A DNA stretch of 64,000 bases from an uncultured Bacilli bacterium. GTDB lineage: Bacteria; Bacillota_I; Bacilli_A; RF39; UBA660. Within the stretch, counting starts at the first letter, position 1. Every line of letters starts with the position of its first letter. The position numbers and the translations under genes are program-made. The DNA lies in assembly GCA_934096235.1 (NCBI GenBank), contig CAKOLO010000004.1:3551-67550 (forward strand). Reading direction: 5' to 3'. This document shows positions 59,598 through 64,000 of the stretch, piece after piece. The notes under the pieces were generated by a model, which worked only from the letters and a program-made list of their open reading frames with translations, ran no database searches and was not told the DNA's origin.

Positions 59598-60440
59598 TTA
59601 TTTTTTTAAATTAAGTTCTTCGGGTTTAATACGTTTATTGTATCTTGTTGGTATTTTTCTTTTTGAGTCTACCATATTATAATCTCTTATAAAGAAACCA
59701 AAATCTCTTTGTCTTCTTCTACTTATTTGATATTCACCATTTTTTAATCTTATTATTCTTCCTTCTCTATCTCTTTCAACAATTAGATTGCTGTATAGTC
59801 TAAATGCAGCACTAGCCATTTCCATGCTTTCATATCCTTGATATCTACATTTATCTACGATACTCCATAATTCTTCTACTCTTTCTGATACTACCTTATA
59901 TGGTGAAAATTCGCTTGCTAAAGCTTTGAAAAAATCGTAATCATTATTATTGGCATGAGCCATTAGACACTTTTTAATATAATTTTTATCTAAGAATGGT
60001 AAATCTCCTTTATATAATATTGGTAAATATTTAATTCTTCTTTCATAATGTACTTCATCACTTTTCTCATCTTCAGTATTTTTATTTTCAAAATAACAAA
60101 TATTAATATCAGGCTCTAGATTTTTAGTTGATGTGATATTTTTAAAATAATTAATTAATTCGTCTTCTTCAAATCCTTCAGTGAAATGATCAATATCACT
60201 TATTGTCATCTTTTCAGTAAGTCTATGATATATATGTACCAATACTAATATTTTTCCGTCTTTTATTTTTGACGTGATATTTCCATAGAAGTGTTTGTGT
60301 GTCTTTCTGTTGTTATACCTTTCTATTGTTTTAAGCATTTCTTGATATTCTTCTTTTGTACTATATTCTCTTTTAACTGTTCCTAAATATTCGACAAGAG
60401 CATATCTTTTTGTTTCTTTTTTTTCCATACGTTCCCCCAA
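59598..60440 (-). CDS. Hypothetical protein (about 276-280 aa)
   Basis: ORF only. Probable start at the second ATG. Confidence 0.35.
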   Translation of the reverse strand: MGERMEKKETKRYALVEYLGTVKREYSTKEEYQEMLKTIERYNNRKTHKHFYGNITSKIKDGKILVLVHIYHRLTEKMTISDIDHFTEGFEEDELINYFKNITSTKNLEPDINICYFENKNTEDEKSDEVHYERRIKYLPILYKGDLPFLDKNYIKKCLMAHANNNDYDFFKALASEFSPYKVVSERVEELWSIVDKCRYQGYESMEMASAAFRLYSNLIVERDREGRIIRLKNGEYQISRRRQRDFGFFIRDYNMVDSKRKIPTRYNKRIKPEELNLKK

Positions 60441-60549
60441 CTTTAGTGATTATTCTACTAAAAAGAGGATAAAAAGTCAATTTTTACTTTACTTAAATGA
60501 AAAAGTATGTTAAATTATATTTGGCTTAAAAAGAGGAGGCAAGTAAAAA

Positions 60550-60711
60550 ATGGCAAAGAATGTATCAAATAGAAAAAATATGAGTTCACAAAATAGACCT
60601 TTTTCATTAAAGGCAACTAAAAAAACACAAAAAGTTAATTTACAAACAGTTGTAGTTGATGGAAAAAGAGTTAGAATGTCAACTAAAGAAATTAAATCTT
60701 TAAATAAGTAA
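60550..60711 (+). CDS. rpmB: 50S ribosomal protein bL28, short cysteine-free form (53 aa; below ORF-track size cutoff)
   Basis: Strong SD AGAGGAGG. KATKKTQKVNLQTVVVDGKRVRMSTKEIKSL matches bL28 (TKRRFLPNLRTVRV...G..R...S...I). No CxxC pairs. Confidence 0.55.
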   Translation: MAKNVSNRKNMSSQNRPFSLKATKKTQKVNLQTVVVDGKRVRMSTKEIKSLNK

Positions 60712-60728
60712 TTAATTTAAAAATAAAA

Positions 60729-60757
60729 AGTGGCTTTGAGTAAGTCACTTTTATTTT
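60729..60757. terminator. Bidirectional terminator between rpmB and murB
   Basis: AGTGGCTT/AAGTCACT stem, then TTTTATTTT. Confidence 0.4.
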
Positions 60758-61629
60758 ATTATTTCTTGTTCTATAACTAAATCTATGTTATAGTTCTTTT
60801 TTATTTTTTCTTTAATTAAATCTATTAGTTTAATTATATCTTCACTTGTAGCACTATTATAATTAATTATAAAGTTTGCATGTTTTTCGCTTATTCTTGC
60901 TCCACCTATTTGGTATCCTTTTAATCCAAGGTCATCAATTAGTTTTCCAGCTGATAAACCTTCAGGATTTCTAAATACGCTTCCGCAAGATGGATAATCA
61001 AGGGGTTGCGTTTCTATTCTTTTTAAAGTTCTTTCTTCTATAGTTTTTTTAATTTCTTCTATATTTCCTTTTTCTAATTTTATGTTGCATGATAATACTA
61101 CTATACCATTTTTATGTTTTAGTATTGAATCTCTATAGTCAAAGTTAAGTTCTTTGTTACTAAGTGTTATTACATCGTTGTTATCAAGAATTGTTACATC
61201 TTTTATAATTTCACTCATTGATGACTTGTATGCACCTGCATTACCACATATTGAACCTCCTATAGTTCCTGGAATGCCTGTTGCCCACTCTATACCTGTA
61301 TAACCCTTATTAGATAGTTCTTGAGCAAGTTTGTTTAACATATAACCGCTTTCTACATAAATATCATTTCCATTTATATTGCATTTATTAAAATTACTTA
61401 ATTTTATTATTACTCCATCATAATGGCTAGGTAGAATTACATTAGAACCGTTACCTAGAACAAACCACTTACTGTTATATTCTTTTAAGATTTTTAAAAT
61501 TTTTGTTAGTTCATCTATATTACTTGGAAATACAACATATGATGCAGAACAATCTAATTTATAAGTATTATAATTTTTTAGATTTTCATTTTCTAAAGTT
61601 TTACAAACTTTTTTAAGTTCTTCTATCAT
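60751..61629 (-). CDS. murB: UDP-N-acetylenolpyruvoylglucosamine reductase MurB
   Basis: FAD-binding N-domain and MurB C-domain motifs. Confidence 0.85.
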   Translation of the reverse strand: MIEELKKVCKTLENENLKNYNTYKLDCSASYVVFPSNIDELTKILKILKEYNSKWFVLGNGSNVILPSHYDGVIIKLSNFNKCNINGNDIYVESGYMLNKLAQELSNKGYTGIEWATGIPGTIGGSICGNAGAYKSSMSEIIKDVTILDNNDVITLSNKELNFDYRDSILKHKNGIVVLSCNIKLEKGNIEEIKKTIEERTLKRIETQPLDYPSCGSVFRNPEGLSAGKLIDDLGLKGYQIGGARISEKHANFIINYNSATSEDIIKLIDLIKEKIKKNYNIDLVIEQEIIK

Positions 61630-62159
61630 TATTTTAAATATTCTTCTATATTGTCAGCTCCAACGATGTATTTTGAAACCTTTCCATTGTTTACTACTAT
61701 TAAAGTTAATCCATTAATTTTTAAATCACTATCTTTTTTAGGATTTTTATTTTCATCTTCACTAATATATTTAGCATTTTCAGGTTTACTCATATCTACT
61801 TTGTATGCTCTTAATTTATTATTTTTAGCTAATGTATTTATATAAGGATTTAAATTTTTTGAATAGTCATCAAATAAGACTAAGTATTCTTTTTCTGATC
61901 TATTAAATACTGTTCCGATCATAATATATTCATCGCTTATTTCAGTAGTACCTTTACTTGGTTTAGTATATCCTTCTTCAAATACACCTAATTTTTCTAA
62001 ACCTAAGACTCCTAAATATAAAGCTCCTATAAATACTAAAACAGATGCTAGAACGATAAAAAATTTCTTAAATCCATCATTTTCTGTCATGGTATAATCT
62101 ACTTTATTTCTTTCTCTTTTTGGTCTTTTATACTTAATACCCATATTATTTTTTGCCAT
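61629..62159 (-). CDS. Hypothetical membrane-anchored protein, operonic with murB
   Basis: Basic N-terminus, one TM helix and a roughly 120-aa extracytoplasmic domain. Stop/start overlap with murB. Confidence 0.35.
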   Translation of the reverse strand: MAKNNMGIKYKRPKRERNKVDYTMTENDGFKKFFIVLASVLVFIGALYLGVLGLEKLGVFEEGYTKPSKGTTEISDEYIMIGTVFNRSEKEYLVLFDDYSKNLNPYINTLAKNNKLRAYKVDMSKPENAKYISEDENKNPKKDSDLKINGLTLIVVNNGKVSKYIVGADNIEEYLK

Positions 62160-62216
62160 TTTATCACTCTCCGTACTAAAATTATAGCATATTTACTGGA
62201 AATATACTAATAATTT

Positions 62217-62245
62217 GTTGATTTTTAGAAAAAAATATTATATAA
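62217..62245 (+). promoter_or_regulatory. Promoter TTGATT-17-TATAAT for rpsD
   Basis: Seen in sequence. Confidence 0.4.
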
Positions 62246-62249
62246 TTTA

Positions 62250-62404
62250 CTAAGTATTTATTTGGCAGTGCCTAAATAAATTGTAATGTGTTTCTTTGAA
62301 AAAATATAAGTAACTTCTGCCAAGGCGAAAGTAATTAAGAAACTCCCTATGATTTATATGGTGGCCTTTAATACAAATATTTGTAGAAGGAGGAACAAAA
62401 TACT
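62250..62404 (+). promoter_or_regulatory. rpsD 5' leader with long-range complementarity (TTGGCAG ... CTGCCAA), S4-autoregulatory-leader-like
   Basis: 7-nt complementary segments at 62261-67 and 62317-23. About 155-nt untranslated leader. Confidence 0.35.
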
Positions 62405-63004
62405 ATGTCAAGATATATCGGACCTGCATTTAAAAAATCTAGAAGATATGGTTTTTCAACACTTGAAACTGGTAAAGAATTAAGAAAGAAACCTACTGCT
62501 CCTGGAATTCACGGAACTAGTAGAAAAAAACTTAGTGAATATGGTGTTCAATTACAAGAAAAACAAAAAGTTAGATTTATGTATGGACTTTCTGAAAAAC
62601 AATTCAGAAAAACATTTGATGCTGCTGGTAAGATGCAAGGAATTCATGGTACTAATTTATTAATACTTTTAGAAAGTAGATTAGATAATTTAGTATATAG
62701 AATGGGATTTGCTAAAACTAGAAGAGCTGCAAGACAAATCGTTAATCACGGACATATCTTAGTTGATGGTAAGAAAGTTGATATTCCATCATTTAGAGTT
62801 AAAGTTGGTAGTGTTATTTCTGTTAAAGAAAATTCACTTGATCATCCAGTAATTAATGAATGTGTTAATATGGATATTAATATTCCTGCTTATGTATCTG
62901 TTGATAAAACTAAGAAATGTGGTACTTACGTAAGATATCCAGAACGTGAAGAATTAAATTCTGAAATTAATGATGCATTAATCGTTGAATACTACAATAG
63001 ATAG
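62405..63004 (+). CDS. rpsD: 30S ribosomal protein uS4
   Basis: Full-length uS4 with S4 RNA-binding domain. Confidence 0.9.
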   Translation: MSRYIGPAFKKSRRYGFSTLETGKELRKKPTAPGIHGTSRKKLSEYGVQLQEKQKVRFMYGLSEKQFRKTFDAAGKMQGIHGTNLLILLESRLDNLVYRMGFAKTRRAARQIVNHGHILVDGKKVDIPSFRVKVGSVISVKENSLDHPVINECVNMDINIPAYVSVDKTKKCGTYVRYPEREELNSEINDALIVEYYNR

Positions 63005-63011
63005 TAAACTA

Positions 63012-63046
63012 AAAGACTTAAGAAAAAATTTCTTAAGTCTTTTTTT
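63012..63046. terminator. Bidirectional terminator AAGACTTAAGAAA/TTTCTTAAGTCTT
   Basis: 13-bp stem between convergent rpsD and folD, followed by T7. Confidence 0.5.
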
Positions 63047-63902
63047 ATAGGTTTAAATCAAACATATCAATTATTCCATTTTGATTTTTATATGCCTCAA
63101 AGGTATTTTTAAGTAACATTGCTACTGTCATAGGACCAACTCCTCCTGGAACTGGTGTAAGATATGCACATATTTCTTCTACGTTTGGATTTACATCTCC
63201 ATATAGTTTTCCATCTATTCTATTAATGCCAACATCAATAATAATAGAATCTTTTTTAATCATAGTTTTATCTATTAAATATTTCTTGCCTACAGCTACT
63301 ACTAGAATATCTGCATCTTTAGTATATTTCTTTAAATCTTTTGTTTTACTGTGACACATAGTTACAGTTGCATTTTTATTTAAGCATTCTAACATTAATG
63401 GTTTACCTACTAAATTACTTCTACCTACTATTACAACATGTTTGCCTTCTAAATCAATTTTGTATTCTTTTAATATTTCTATTATTCCTTTAGGTGTACA
63501 AGGCATTAAACACTTTTCGTTTTGAATTAATTTTCCTGCTTGAATGTTAGTAAGACCATCAGCATCTTTTGATGGTTCAATAGTATTAATAATTTTTGAA
63601 ACATTAAAATTATCTGGTATTGGTAATTGTACTATGATACCATTTATACTTTTATCTTTATTTAATTGTTTTATTTTTTTAATAACTACTTCTTCTTTTA
63701 CGCAACTTGCATAATCTAAATGTAAGAAACTCATTCCTACATACTCGCATGCTTTTCTTTTATTTTTTACATATACTTCACTAGCTGCATCATCACCTAT
63801 TGTAATGACTGCTAGTATTGGTGTTTGAACATAAGAATTGATATTTCCCTTTAGTTCATCTTTTATCTTAGCACTTAAACTTTTTCCATCTAATAATATC
63901 AT
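63045..63902 (-). CDS. folD: Bifunctional methylenetetrahydrofolate dehydrogenase/cyclohydrolase FolD
   Basis: FolD motifs (GRSNLVGKP, TPVPGGVGPMT). Start at the ATG preceded by GAGGAA. Confidence 0.85.
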   Translation of the reverse strand: MILLDGKSLSAKIKDELKGNINSYVQTPILAVITIGDDAASEVYVKNKRKACEYVGMSFLHLDYASCVKEEVVIKKIKQLNKDKSINGIIVQLPIPDNFNVSKIINTIEPSKDADGLTNIQAGKLIQNEKCLMPCTPKGIIEILKEYKIDLEGKHVVIVGRSNLVGKPLMLECLNKNATVTMCHSKTKDLKKYTKDADILVVAVGKKYLIDKTMIKKDSIIIDVGINRIDGKLYGDVNPNVEEICAYLTPVPGGVGPMTVAMLLKNTFEAYKNQNGIIDMFDLNL

Positions 63903-63903
63903 T

Positions 63904-64000
63904 TTATTCCTCATATGAAGTAACAAATCTTATTCCATTCATTTTAATATCTTTAAGTGGTTTATCATTATTAGGATTAGTTGCTGTAGTAGCTATTTTA
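63904..64000 (-). CDS. Partial CDS (3' end only) of unknown protein immediately upstream of folD
   Basis: In-frame coding to the window end. Stop TAA sits 1 nt before the folD ATG. Confidence 0.3.
   Translation of the reverse strand, partial: KIATTATNPNNDKPLKDIKMNGIRFVTSYEE

Noticed and set aside
1893-61845. Most plus-strand ORFs of 60-170 aa in the track, for example 1893..2078, 2212..2403, 4915..5151, 8059..8247, 13168..13991, 21111..21575, 28037..28640, 31652..32173, 46748..47152, 54278..55725 and 61651..61845.
   Set aside because: They lie antisense inside well-supported minus-strand genes. They have low-complexity, Leu/Phe/Ile-rich translations typical of the reverse frame of AT-rich coding DNA, and lack an SD. 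They are treated as non-coding.

Overview
AT-rich (about 27-30% GC) chromosomal window from a low-GC, spore-forming Firmicute (Clostridia-like). Most of it is conserved core genome, largely on the minus strand. It carries nucleoside phosphorylases (pdp, deoD-type PNP), ftsK/spoIIIE, ezrA, an M16 peptidase pair and the infC-rpmI-rplT operon with its leader. It also carries mtaB/rsmE, two prolyl-tRNA synthetases of different types (one behind a T-box leader), an arginine deiminase locus (arcA, then arcC fused in frame to a YfcC/ArcD-type transporter), lexA, a PBP with PASTA domain, and the end of the dcw/sporulation cluster (murB ... spoIIGA-sigE ... sigG-ymxH-lspA-rluD), plus rpsD and folD. One tRNA-Met(CAU) gene lies at 17829-17905. 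No CRISPR array, transposase, integrase or prophage block was recognised. Observations worth a second look: (1) a 3-gene, roughly 4.1 kb insertion of uncharacterised envelope proteins between sigE and sigG, including a 21-bp in-frame tandem repeat; (2) two paralogous membrane-anchored proteins with a pseudopilin-like globular motif but no prepilin leader, plus an orphan ComGC-like pilin translationally coupled to a bacterial-type proS and a divergent orphan ComGA/GspE-like ATPase; (3) a solitary HerA-family ATPase whose SD is buried in a 12-bp perfect inverted repeat; (4) a family of three GC-rich perfect hairpin repeats with compensatory changes, one embedded in a DUF1016 nuclease CDS; (5) apparent loss of the stop codon between carbamate kinase and the ArcD-type transporter, with the internal SD retained; (6) bL20 with a SAP-like C-terminal extension and an unannotated cysteine-free bL28. 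All coordinates that were derived by hand may be off by 1-2 nt.
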